Below, piece by piece: positions 45,406-54,596 of a stretch of DNA of 64,000 nucleotides. This DNA is from Candidatus Krumholzibacteriia bacterium. Its GTDB lineage: Bacteria > Krumholzibacteriota > Krumholzibacteriia > JAJRXK01. The notes beneath the pieces are model-generated. The model was given only the letters and a program-made list of their open reading frames with translations. It ran no database searches and was not told where the DNA came from. The translations under genes and the position numbers were made by a program. The stretch is from the NCBI GenBank assembly GCA_035268685.1, contig DATFKK010000170.1, forward strand, positions 11,708 to 75,707. Direction: 5' to 3'. The stretch's first letter is position 1; the number at the start of each line of letters is the position of its first letter.

Positions 45406-48117
45406 TCAGCGCACGAGCGTGACCTTGGTGTGGTCGAGCGTGTCGCCGGAGCGCAGGCGCACCGTGTACACGCCCGAGGCCACCGCCTGGCCGGTGTCGT
45501 CGAGGCCGTTCCAGAGGATCGAACCGTCGCCCTGTGGGCGGACCTCGTCAAGCAGCATTCGCACGCGCCGACCACGTACGTCGAAGACCTCGATCGTCAC
45601 CCTGGTCTCGCGCTCCAGCGCGTACTCGATCGACACGCGCGGGTTGAAGGGATTGGGCACGGCGCCGCGGATCGCGGTGCGCGTGCGGGGCACGGTCTCG
45701 ACGTCGGTCGCCATGGGCTCGCCGATCAGTTCGGTGAGGATGAACTCGGTGTTCTGCCGCAGTGCCGTTCGATCCCAGCGATAGGGCCGGCCCACGACAT
45801 GGGCGAAGTGCCCGCCGGACGCCCGCACGGATCCGCCTCCCTCCGGTCGTCGCCACGCGCCGAGCGACCGGCTCGGGTCGGACGAATCGACGAAGAGGTT
45901 CACCGTCTCCGCCTGGGTGAAGACCGGCGACAGCGGCGACGACAGGGTCTGTGTTCCGGTCGCGGTCATCGGGACGAGGCCGGCCAGGTCGGGTGTCGCG
46001 TTGCCGACGGTCTGATAGGTGTCGTCGGACAGCTGCACGCCCAGATAGCTCTGTCGCGGTTGGGTGAGGAAGTTCGCTCCCCGGCGGGTGAGCAGCAGCA
46101 GATTCCCGCCCTGTTCGAGATAGCTGAGCACGGCCGCCTCGAGCCAGGGTTCGAGGTCACCGAGGTAGTCGTTGCCGACCCACACCACGGCACTGTATTC
46201 GCCCAGGACCGACGGGGGGATGGTGCCGGTGCCGCGCGGTGCCGGAAGGGACGACGGATACCCGGACGACGGCGCCGGGATCACGTCCCAGAATTCGAAG
46301 GGCTGCTGCCCGGTGAAGACGCTGTCCTGGTAGGCCGGCTCGATGGTGAAGCGGTAGGTGTCCCAGTCGACGCCGTTCACCAGGAGAATGCCGCGGTCGA
46401 AGCTCGGGGTCTCGATCCTACGCTCGAGCGCGTGCAGGACCCAGTCGTCGGGATCGATCACGACGTCGGTGACCGGGGCGCCGGCGGTGAAGCTCAGGGT
46501 CTCCACGGGCTCGTCGAGCTGCACCACGTGGTCGGTGCTGCCGAGTTCGTCGACCACGCGTAGCGTGATCGGCGTCTCGTACACGTGATGGGTCTGCACC
46601 TGCTGCAACGCGACGTCGACGCCCGTCTCGGTCGGCGCCCAGTCGAGCTGGAAGGTCGGGTACCACGGCAGCTCGATCCACTGCGTGAAGAAGGTCGTCA
46701 GGTCGCGTCCGCTGACCTGCTCGGCCACCCGGCGCACGTCGTCGGTGCCGGCCACTCCGTAGGTCACGTTCGGATCGCTGGCGTAGGCCTTCATGAAGTC
46801 GAAGAAGTCCTGGTCGCCGAGCACGTAGCGCAGCATGTGCAGTACCCACGAGGCCTTGTCGTAGCTGAGGTCGGCGCTGAAGATGCGGGCGAAGTCGTCG
46901 AGGCCGTCCTCGGGCACGCGGATCGTGCCGGCGCCGAGATAACGGGCGGCGAGCATCTCGTCGACGTAGCCGGCGCGCCCCTCGCTCACCTCGCGCCACA
47001 GCGCCTCGGAGTAGGTCGCGAAGCCCTCGTTCACCCAGATCTCGGTGAAGTCGGTGCAGGTGACCTGGTTGCCGTACCACTGGTGGGCGAGCTCGTGGGC
47101 GATGAGGAAGTCGATGCCCCAGCAGCACATGGAGCTGGCCGTCTGGTGCTCCATGCCGCCGCCCCAGGTGAACTGCGCCTGCCCGTACTTCTCGGTGAGG
47201 AAGGGGTAGGGCCCGAACATGGACTCGAAGGCGGTGAGCATGTCGCGCGTGGTGTGGGCCGCGTTCAGGGCGCTCGAGGCCTCGTTCGGGAAGCTCCACA
47301 CGGTGACCGGCATCGTGGTGCCCGTGCTGGATTGCCACGAAAGGGTCTGCTCGGTGTAGGGGTACGCCGCGATCGAGATCAGATAGGTGGTGATCGGGTA
47401 GCGCTCGAACCACTCGTAGCGCTTGGTCGCGCCGAGGTCGACCACCCGTTCGAGCGTGCCGTTGCTGACCGCGGTCAGGTTCGACGGCACCGTGAACCTG
47501 ATCGAAGCCGAGTCGGCCTTGTCGGCCGGCATGTCCTTGCACGGCCACCAGGCACGGGCGCCGAAAGGCTCGCTCAGGCTCCAGATCAGGGGCTGGCCGC
47601 TCACCGACTGCACGCCGAAGGAGCCGATCGACTGATCGGGCACTCCCTGGTAGTCGACGTGGAAGACCACGCGCTCGCCGGTGTCGTAGGCGCGGTCGAG
47701 CGCGATGTCGATCCGGTCGAGGGAATGGACGAAGCCGGTGCCGGCGCCACCGACGGCGGTCACCGTCATGGCGTCGTCGAGGTCGACGACCACGCGGTCG
47801 ATGGGTCCGTCGACGACGGTGGTCTCGAAGCCGACGCGGCCACTCACGCCCTCGGTGCCCACGTCGAAGCTCAGGTCGAGGTCGACGAAGGTGACGTCCC
47901 AGCGCTCCTGGTTCGGGTCGACCGTCACCCGGCCGAGAGCGTCGCTCCAGCGGGCCGCGGCCGCGGCCTTGCGAGCCGCCTCGGCGTGGCGATGGGGGGC
48001 GTGGACGTCGAGGTCCATCGACGCGGGCGGATCGGCCGCGGCGGGGACGGTCAGGATCGTGATCGTGGCGGCGGACACGGCGACGGTCCGCGCGCTGCGG
48101 AGAACGGCGTGCAGCAT
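45406..48117 (-). CDS. Secreted M1 family metallopeptidase (aminopeptidase N-like) with PNPFNP-type C-terminal domain
   Basis: GGMEHQT, HELAHQWYGN (HExxH) and WVNEGFATY. There is a long extra C-terminal region. The last ~85 aa read AVPNPFNPRVSIEY..GVYTVRL..KVTLVR. Confidence 0.85.
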   Translation of the reverse strand: MLHAVLRSARTVAVSAATITILTVPAAADPPASMDLDVHAPHRHAEAARKAAAAARWSDALGRVTVDPNQERWDVTFVDLDLSFDVGTEGVSGRVGFETTVVDGPIDRVVVDLDDAMTVTAVGGAGTGFVHSLDRIDIALDRAYDTGERVVFHVDYQGVPDQSIGSFGVQSVSGQPLIWSLSEPFGARAWWPCKDMPADKADSASIRFTVPSNLTAVSNGTLERVVDLGATKRYEWFERYPITTYLISIAAYPYTEQTLSWQSSTGTTMPVTVWSFPNEASSALNAAHTTRDMLTAFESMFGPYPFLTEKYGQAQFTWGGGMEHQTASSMCCWGIDFLIAHELAHQWYGNQVTCTDFTEIWVNEGFATYSEALWREVSEGRAGYVDEMLAARYLGAGTIRVPEDGLDDFARIFSADLSYDKASWVLHMLRYVLGDQDFFDFMKAYASDPNVTYGVAGTDDVRRVAEQVSGRDLTTFFTQWIELPWYPTFQLDWAPTETGVDVALQQVQTHHVYETPITLRVVDELGSTDHVVQLDEPVETLSFTAGAPVTDVVIDPDDWVLHALERRIETPSFDRGILLVNGVDWDTYRFTIEPAYQDSVFTGQQPFEFWDVIPAPSSGYPSSLPAPRGTGTIPPSVLGEYSAVVWVGNDYLGDLEPWLEAAVLSYLEQGGNLLLLTRRGANFLTQPRQSYLGVQLSDDTYQTVGNATPDLAGLVPMTATGTQTLSSPLSPVFTQAETVNLFVDSSDPSRSLGAWRRPEGGGSVRASGGHFAHVVGRPYRWDRTALRQNTEFILTELIGEPMATDVETVPRTRTAIRGAVPNPFNPRVSIEYALERETRVTIEVFDVRGRRVRMLLDEVRPQGDGSILWNGLDDTGQAVASGVYTVRLRSGDTLDHTKVTLVR

Positions 48118-48281
48118 GCGTGGATTTCCTCGGGCGACGGGGCGCGGGGGGAGGGGCCGCCGGGGACCAGCGTTCCTTCACCTTACCCAGAATCCGCCGG
48201 CCGTTGCACCCCCGACCGGCACGGAATTCGTGATGCAGGGTCGGGGCCGGACGGCGCACCCCGAGGCGCCGTCGCGCCGGC

Positions 48282-49664
48282 TCAGCGGTATCCGATCAGC
48301 GTCGCCGTGATCAGGGCCAGGGCTCCCAGGGCCCACATCTTCAGCATGAACGGCATGACGAAGCGCACCCACCGGTCGTAGGGTACCCCAGCCAGACCCA
48401 GGATCCCGACCAGCACCGCGTTGGTGGGAACGAGGATGTTGGTGAAGCCGTCGCCGAACTGGTAGGCCAGCACCGCGGCCTGCCGGGACACGCCGACGAG
48501 GTCGGCCAGCGGCGCCATGAGCGGCATGGTCACGTAGGCCTGCCCGCTGCCCGACGGGATGAAGAAGTTGCACAGGCTCTGGAACACGAGCATGCCCACG
48601 GCCGCCCCCTGCGCGCCCAGCGTCTCGAGCGGCTGGGCGATGCCGTGGATGATGGTGTCGACCACCTGGCCGTCGTCGAGCACCACCTGGATCGTGCGCG
48701 CGAAGCCGATGAGCAGGGCGGTCGTGGTGAGCTCCGAGGCACCCAGGCAGAACTTCGCGGCCCAGGTGTCGGGACTCAACCGCGCGATCACCGCGATCGC
48801 GATCGACAGGCCGACGAAGATCGCCCCCATCTCGGCCAGGTACCAGTGCCACTGGCTCAGGCCGATCACGATCACCACGATGGTCACCACGATCAGGGCC
48901 AGCACCGCCACGTGGGTCTGCGTGAAGCGCTTCTCCTCGACGTCCTCCACCTCGACCAGCGAGTCGACGTCGTGCATCAGGCTCTTCGTCGGATCGGCGG
49001 TGATCCGGCGCGTGTACGACCACACGTGGTGGATGGCCACGGGCAGGAAGATCGCCAGCAGCACCACCCGCATCGCCCAGCCCGAGGTCGGCTGCAAGCC
49101 CGACACCTCCTGGGCGACCAGCACCGTGAAGGGATTCATGAAGGCCGCGCCGTAGCCCACGCCGTAGCCCAGGCACAGGATCCCCACCGCGGTCACGGCG
49201 TCGAAGCCCAGCCCGCGCACGAGTACCAGCAGGATGGGCACGAAGGGCAGGTACTCTTCGGCCATGCCGATGGTCGCCGAGCCGACCGCGAAGGCGAACA
49301 TGCCCGCCGCGATCAACGCGATCGGGACGTTGCGGAACCTCCGCAGCAACCACGAGATCATGGCGTCGACCGCGCCGCTCGCTCGCAGGACCTCGAAGGC
49401 CCCGCCCACGAGGAAGACGAAGAAGATGATGTCGGCCGCGGCCGCGAAGCCCGAGGGGATCGCCGTCAGGGCCTTGTGCCAGGGGACACTCGCCGGGTCC
49501 TCGACCGGCTCGAAGCTCCCGGCCACGACCTCCTCGCGTCCCTGGGCGTTCGTCTGACGCTCGTAGCTGCCCTGCGGGAGCACGTAGGTGAGGATCTGTG
49601 CGATGACGATCATCGACAGCAGCAGGACGAGCGTGTGCGGTACGTGGAACTTCGGCTGGGACAT
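48282..49664 (-). CDS. YfcC/DcuC-like (C4-dicarboxylate anaerobic carrier family) membrane transporter
   Basis: Start trimmed to [16 protein letters not shown]. Polytopic membrane protein with [34 protein letters not shown] and QFGDGFTN. Confidence 0.7.
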   Translation of the reverse strand: MSQPKFHVPHTLVLLLSMIVIAQILTYVLPQGSYERQTNAQGREEVVAGSFEPVEDPASVPWHKALTAIPSGFAAAADIIFFVFLVGGAFEVLRASGAVDAMISWLLRRFRNVPIALIAAGMFAFAVGSATIGMAEEYLPFVPILLVLVRGLGFDAVTAVGILCLGYGVGYGAAFMNPFTVLVAQEVSGLQPTSGWAMRVVLLAIFLPVAIHHVWSYTRRITADPTKSLMHDVDSLVEVEDVEEKRFTQTHVAVLALIVVTIVVIVIGLSQWHWYLAEMGAIFVGLSIAIAVIARLSPDTWAAKFCLGASELTTTALLIGFARTIQVVLDDGQVVDTIIHGIAQPLETLGAQGAAVGMLVFQSLCNFFIPSGSGQAYVTMPLMAPLADLVGVSRQAAVLAYQFGDGFTNILVPTNAVLVGILGLAGVPYDRWVRFVMPFMLKMWALGALALITATLIGYR

Positions 49665-49878
49665 GCGTCGCTGGCCTCGCGGGAGCGGATCGAACGGGAA
49701 CCGGCGGTGGGGGCGAGGCGTCACACTAGCAGCCGGTCCGCCCCCGGTCCACGTCGGGACGGTCGCGGTCGGACGGGTGCTCGCCCCGGTCCGCGGGGCG
49801 CGTTAGCCTGGGTCCGGTGCGTGGTCGTGCTCCGGCGAAACCCTGCCGGATCCCCGCTCGTACCCTTTTCTTGTTCCC

Positions 49879-49901
49879 CGCACGCCGATCCTCGGCGTGC
49901 G
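49879..49901 (+). promoter_or_regulatory. Perfect 10-bp hairpin in the leader of the RND operon
   Basis: CGCACGCCGA-tcc-TCGGCGTGCG, about 30 nt upstream of the preferred adaptor start. It covers the alternative GTG at 49897. Confidence 0.3.
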
Positions 49902-49932
49902 TTGTCTCGCATCCGAGTCCCGGAGGCCGCCC

Positions 49933-51021
49933 GTGCGCCGTCGCTCCTCGTGGTTCATGCCCCTCGCCCTGCTGACGTTCGTCTGCGCGCTCGCCGCCTG
50001 CGGACCCGGGGACGGCCCTGGTGGCAAGGACGCCGATGCCGCCCCCGACAGCACCACGGCGGCGGAGGCCAGCGTTCCCGTCGAGGTCCAGGCCGTTGCG
50101 CGGGGTCCGATCGAGGCGGTCATCCGCGCGACCTCGACCCTCGAGGCGGAGGAACGCGTGATCGTGTCCGCCGAGGCTGCCCGACGCGTGGTCGAGATCC
50201 TCGCCGAAGAAGGCGACCAGGTCGCCAAGGGCGCCCTCATGCTCCGACTCCAGGACGAAGAGCAGGAGAGTATGCTGGCCAAGGCGCGTACCGCGCTCGA
50301 GACGGCCCGTCGCGAGTGGGAGAGGCAGCAACGGCTGTACGACCGCGAATTGACCACCGAGAAGGCCTACAACGACGCCCTGGCCAACTTCGAACAGCGC
50401 CAGATCGAACTGCAGGACGCCGAGCGCGAACTGTCCTACACCCGAGTGCGGGCCACGATCGCGGGCACGGTCACCCAGCGTTTCGTCAAGCTGGGCGACC
50501 AGGTGAGCCCGGGGCAGCAGCTCTTCGAGCTGATCGACTTCCGGTCGCTGCAGGCGCTGGTCTACGTGCCCGAGAAGGAACTGACCCGCCTGGAGCCCGG
50601 CCAACCGGTCCGCGTCCGCGCCCCCGCGATCCGCGAAGAGCCCTACATGGCCACGCTTCAGCGCGTCTCCCCGATCGTGGACGCCCGCACCGGGACGGTG
50701 AAGGCCACCGTCGACGTGGGCGGTCAGCCGGGTCTGCGCCCCGGTCTGTACGTCGACGTCGAGCTGATCACCGAGGTCCGTGAGGACGCGCTGCTGGTGC
50801 CCAAGCGGGCGCTGGTCTACGAGGACGATCGCATGACCGCGTACCGGGTGCGCAGCGGGGTGGTGGAGCGCGTGCCCATCGTGCCCGCCATGAGCAACGA
50901 CGCCTTCGTCCTGCCGGCGGGTGGCATTGCAGAGGGCGACACGCTGGTCACCGCCGGTCAGGCCGGGCTCAAGAGTGGTGCCCGCGTGGAGATCGTCACG
51001 CGGGAGACGGGAGCGCGATGA
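49933..51021 (+). CDS. RND efflux periplasmic adaptor (membrane fusion) lipoprotein
   Basis: The GTG at 49933 has GGAGG 6 nt upstream. Lipobox-like CALAACG. Coiled-coil and lipoyl-like motifs are present (RVRATIAGTVTQRFVKLGDQVSPGQQLFEL). Confidence 0.8.
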   Translation: MRRRSSWFMPLALLTFVCALAACGPGDGPGGKDADAAPDSTTAAEASVPVEVQAVARGPIEAVIRATSTLEAEERVIVSAEAARRVVEILAEEGDQVAKGALMLRLQDEEQESMLAKARTALETARREWERQQRLYDRELTTEKAYNDALANFEQRQIELQDAERELSYTRVRATIAGTVTQRFVKLGDQVSPGQQLFELIDFRSLQALVYVPEKELTRLEPGQPVRVRAPAIREEPYMATLQRVSPIVDARTGTVKATVDVGGQPGLRPGLYVDVELITEVREDALLVPKRALVYEDDRMTAYRVRSGVVERVPIVPAMSNDAFVLPAGGIAEGDTLVTAGQAGLKSGARVEIVTRETGAR

Positions 51022-54000
51022 ACGACCCCCGGCCCCGCTCGCAACGGTCGAGCTTCTCCACGCGCCGGCCGGTCGCGATCACCATGCTGTTCGTGGCCGC
51101 CGTGGTCTTCGGCTGGTTCTCGTTGGCCAAGCTGCCCGTGAATCTCATGCCGGAACTGACCTATCCCACGATCACCGTGCGCACCGAGTACGAGGGCGCC
51201 GCCCCCGAAGAGGTCGAGAACGACGTCTCGCGGCCGATCGAAGAGGCCCTGGGCGTGATCGGCGGCCTGCAGCGGATCAGCAGCGTGAGCCGGGCCGAGG
51301 TCAGCGACGTGGTCCTCGAGTTCGACTGGGACGTCGACATCAGCGACGTCACCCAGGACGTGCTCGAGAAGCTCGACCTGGTCTTCCTCCCCGACGAGGC
51401 CGAACGGCCGCTGATCCTGCACTTCGACCCTTCGCTCGACCCGATCATGGAGCTCTCGTTGAGCGGCGAGGGTGCCGGGTGGGAAGGCGAGTCGGGTCTG
51501 CGCCGCGCGCGTCGCCTGGCCGACCTCTTCGTCAAACGCCAGCTCGAGCCGGTCCGTGGCGTGGCCGCGGTGCGGGTGAAGGGTGGTCTGGAGGAGGAGA
51601 TCCACGTCGCACTGCAGGAGGAGCAGCTCGAGCGCACGCGGATCTCGATCCAACAGGTGATCGACCGCATCGCGCAGGAGAACATCAACGTCGCCGGCGG
51701 GACCATCGAGGAGGGCCGGACGGAGTTCCTCGTACGGACCCTGAACGAGTACGGCGACCTCGAGCAGATCCGGGACACGATCGTCACGGTGATCGACGGC
51801 CGGCCGATCCGGGTGCGCGACCTGGGCGAGGTGGCCATGGCGCACAAGGAGCGCCAGATCCTCACCCGTACCGACGGGCGCGAGAGCGTCCAGATCGAGG
51901 TGTACAAGGAAGCCGATGCGAACATCGTCGACCTGGCTGCGCGGGTGAAGACCCTCGTGGGAGAAGTCGATCGCGACCGGGAGGCGGCGGACCAGGGGGG
52001 ACGAGGAGGACGCGGCCGCGGCACGGCGGGGCTCGCTCAACAGGTCTACGACGAAGAGGGTGCCGTCCTGCAGGTCGTGGCCGATCGGTCGCTGTTCATC
52101 GAGAGCAGCATCGACGAAGTGCGCCAGACCGCGATCCTCGGTGGGGTTCTCGCGGTGATCGTCTTGTTCCTGTTCCTGCGCGAGGGCCGGTCGACCTCGA
52201 TCGTCGCCGTGAGCATTCCCATCTCGCTGGTCATGGCCTTCGCGCCCATGAACCTGTTCGGTGTGTCGCTCAACATCATGTCACTGGGAGGTCTGGCGCT
52301 CGGCATCGGCATGTTGGTCGACTCGTCGATCGTGGTTCTCGAATCGATCTTCCGATGTCGCGAAGAGGGCGATGACGTGGTGACCGCCGCCGTGCGTGGC
52401 ACCGACGAAGTCAAGGGGGCGGTGATCGCCTCGACCCTCACCACGATCGCGGTCTTCTTCCCGATGGTCTTCGTCGAGGGCGTGGCGGGGCAGGCCTTCG
52501 GAGACCTGGGCACGGCGGTGGTGGTGTCGCTGATCGCCTCGGTGCTCGTGGCGATCTGGTTCATCCCGATGCTGGCCAGCCGCGGGGCACGGACTCCGAC
52601 CGTGGTCGGATCGGCACCGGTGGGAGAGAGCCGGCGCCCGCGGCTGATCCACTTCGAAATGGGCCGGCGTTTCGCGCGGTCGTGGCGCGAGGCCGGCTGG
52701 TTCTCCCGCGTGGTCTTCGCTCCCTGGTGGTGCGTGCGCTTCGTGCTCCAGCTCGTGCTGCACTACACGGTCGCACTGTTGCTCATGCTGATCGTCCTGC
52801 TGCTCGGCTGGTCGGTCCGGAGCCTCTTCCTCACGCGCGCGGGTCGGTTGGCGCTGGGCGGTCTCTTCCTGGTCGGATTCGCCGCCCTCCTGCACCGGAT
52901 GGCCGGAGTGCCGCTTCCCGTCGCGGCCGGGGTGGCGGTGACGATCGCGTTGGCGATCGGTTTCCGTCTCGTGGACGTCGTCATGCGGTGGCTCGACGGC
53001 GTGTACCCGGGTGTGCTGCGCAGCGCGCTGAACCAACCACTCGGCGTGGTGGTCGTCGTGGTCCTGTGCTTCTGGGGCACGGTGGAGTTGGCACAGCGTC
53101 TCGACAGCGAGCTCCTTCCCGAGGTGCGCCAGGGCGAGTTCACGGTCGAGGTCATGCTTCCTGTCGGGTCTCCGCTCGAGGAGACGGAGCGCCGCCTGAG
53201 CGCGATCGAGTCGGCCCTGAACACCGAGCGCGAGCACATCCGGGCACTGGTCGTGACCTACGGCTTCGATCCCGCCCAGAGCGAGCGCAGCGACGAGGGC
53301 GAGCACACGGCGCGGTTCAAGGTGCTGCTCGAGACCGGCAGCGGAGCCGAGATCGAGGACCAGGTCGTCGATCGCGTGCGGTCGCGCTTCGAGGGCGTGC
53401 CGGATCTCGACGCGACGATCACGCGGCCGGTGCTGTTCAGCAGCAAGACGCCGATCGAGGTCGAGATCCACGGCGACGATCTCGACGCACTGCGCGACCG
53501 CACCGAAGGGGTGCGCACGGTGCTCGACGAGCTGCCCGAGCTGGCCGACGTGCAGGCCACGTTGCGCGCCGGGGCCCCCGAGCTGCAGGTGATCTACGAC
53601 CGCGAGCGTCTCATGCGTTACGGCCTGGACCTGGGCAACGTGGCGCGCCTGGTGCGCGACAAGGTGCAGGGCAACGAGGCCACGCGTTTCAACCGCGTGG
53701 ACCGAAGGATTCCCGTGCTCGTCCAGTTGTCCGAGGAGGACCGCGCGGCCGTCAGCGACATCGAGGAGATCGTGGTCAATCCCGGCGGGGAGCGGCCCAT
53801 CCAGTTGGCCGCGGTGGCCGAGGTGGTCATGGGGGAGGGACCGAGCGAGGTCCGCCGGATCGACGGACAGCGGGTGGGTCTCGTGCGCGCGAACATCGAG
53901 CAGGGCTCATTGGGGTCGGCCGTCGAGGCCATCCGCGGCACCCTGCAGCAACGCATCGAATGGCCGGCCGATCAGACCTTCTTCATCAGCGGTCAGAGCG

Positions 54001-54596
54001 AGGAGTGGGATCGCAGCCAGCAGAGCCTGATCCTGGCCCTGGGGCTGTCGATCTTCCTCGTGTACGTGATCATGGCCGTGCAATTCGAGAGCCTGGTGCA
54101 CCCGCTGGTGATCCTGTTCAGCATCCCGCTGGCCTTCTTCGGCAGCGTGATCGTGCTGCGGGCGCTGGAGATCCCGATCTCGGTGGTGGTGTTCCTGGGC
54201 ATGATCATGCTGGCGGGGATCGTCGTGAACAACGCGATCGTGCTGGTCGACTACGTGAACCAGCTACGTCGTCGGGGAATGCCGAAGCGCGAGGCGATCG
54301 TCACCGCGGGCCGTGTGCGTCTACGGCCGATCTTCATGACCACGGCCACCACCGTGCTCGGTCTGCTGCCCATGGCCGTGGGCCTGGGTGACGGAGCCGA
54401 GCTGCGCACGCCCATGGCGATCACGGTGATCGCCGGACTGCTGAGTTCGACGCTGCTCACGCTGCTGGTGGTTCCCACCCTGTATTCGATCTTCGACCGC
54501 CTGGCGCCGGTGCGCGCCGACGTCGAGACGGAAGCGGCGACCGGGATGCGCCGTGGTCCAACGCCCACGACCTCCCCCGGAGAGGCCACGTCGTGA
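51018..54596 (+). CDS. RND efflux permease 1 (AcrB/MdtB-like), 1192 aa with an extra hydrophobic insertion
   Basis: RRPVAITMLFVAAVVFGWFSLAKLPVNLMPELTYPTITV, MSLGGLALGIGMLVDSSIVVLE and MLAGIVVNNAIVLVDY. The start overlaps the adaptor stop. Confidence 0.85.
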   Translation: MNDPRPRSQRSSFSTRRPVAITMLFVAAVVFGWFSLAKLPVNLMPELTYPTITVRTEYEGAAPEEVENDVSRPIEEALGVIGGLQRISSVSRAEVSDVVLEFDWDVDISDVTQDVLEKLDLVFLPDEAERPLILHFDPSLDPIMELSLSGEGAGWEGESGLRRARRLADLFVKRQLEPVRGVAAVRVKGGLEEEIHVALQEEQLERTRISIQQVIDRIAQENINVAGGTIEEGRTEFLVRTLNEYGDLEQIRDTIVTVIDGRPIRVRDLGEVAMAHKERQILTRTDGRESVQIEVYKEADANIVDLAARVKTLVGEVDRDREAADQGGRGGRGRGTAGLAQQVYDEEGAVLQVVADRSLFIESSIDEVRQTAILGGVLAVIVLFLFLREGRSTSIVAVSIPISLVMAFAPMNLFGVSLNIMSLGGLALGIGMLVDSSIVVLESIFRCREEGDDVVTAAVRGTDEVKGAVIASTLTTIAVFFPMVFVEGVAGQAFGDLGTAVVVSLIASVLVAIWFIPMLASRGARTPTVVGSAPVGESRRPRLIHFEMGRRFARSWREAGWFSRVVFAPWWCVRFVLQLVLHYTVALLLMLIVLLLGWSVRSLFLTRAGRLALGGLFLVGFAALLHRMAGVPLPVAAGVAVTIALAIGFRLVDVVMRWLDGVYPGVLRSALNQPLGVVVVVVLCFWGTVELAQRLDSELLPEVRQGEFTVEVMLPVGSPLEETERRLSAIESALNTEREHIRALVVTYGFDPAQSERSDEGEHTARFKVLLETGSGAEIEDQVVDRVRSRFEGVPDLDATITRPVLFSSKTPIEVEIHGDDLDALRDRTEGVRTVLDELPELADVQATLRAGAPELQVIYDRERLMRYGLDLGNVARLVRDKVQGNEATRFNRVDRRIPVLVQLSEEDRAAVSDIEEIVVNPGGERPIQLAAVAEVVMGEGPSEVRRIDGQRVGLVRANIEQGSLGSAVEAIRGTLQQRIEWPADQTFFISGQSEEWDRSQQSLILALGLSIFLVYVIMAVQFESLVHPLVILFSIPLAFFGSVIVLRALEIPISVVVFLGMIMLAGIVVNNAIVLVDYVNQLRRRGMPKREAIVTAGRVRLRPIFMTTATTVLGLLPMAVGLGDGAELRTPMAITVIAGLLSSTLLTLLVVPTLYSIFDRLAPVRADVETEAATGMRRGPTPTTSPGEATS

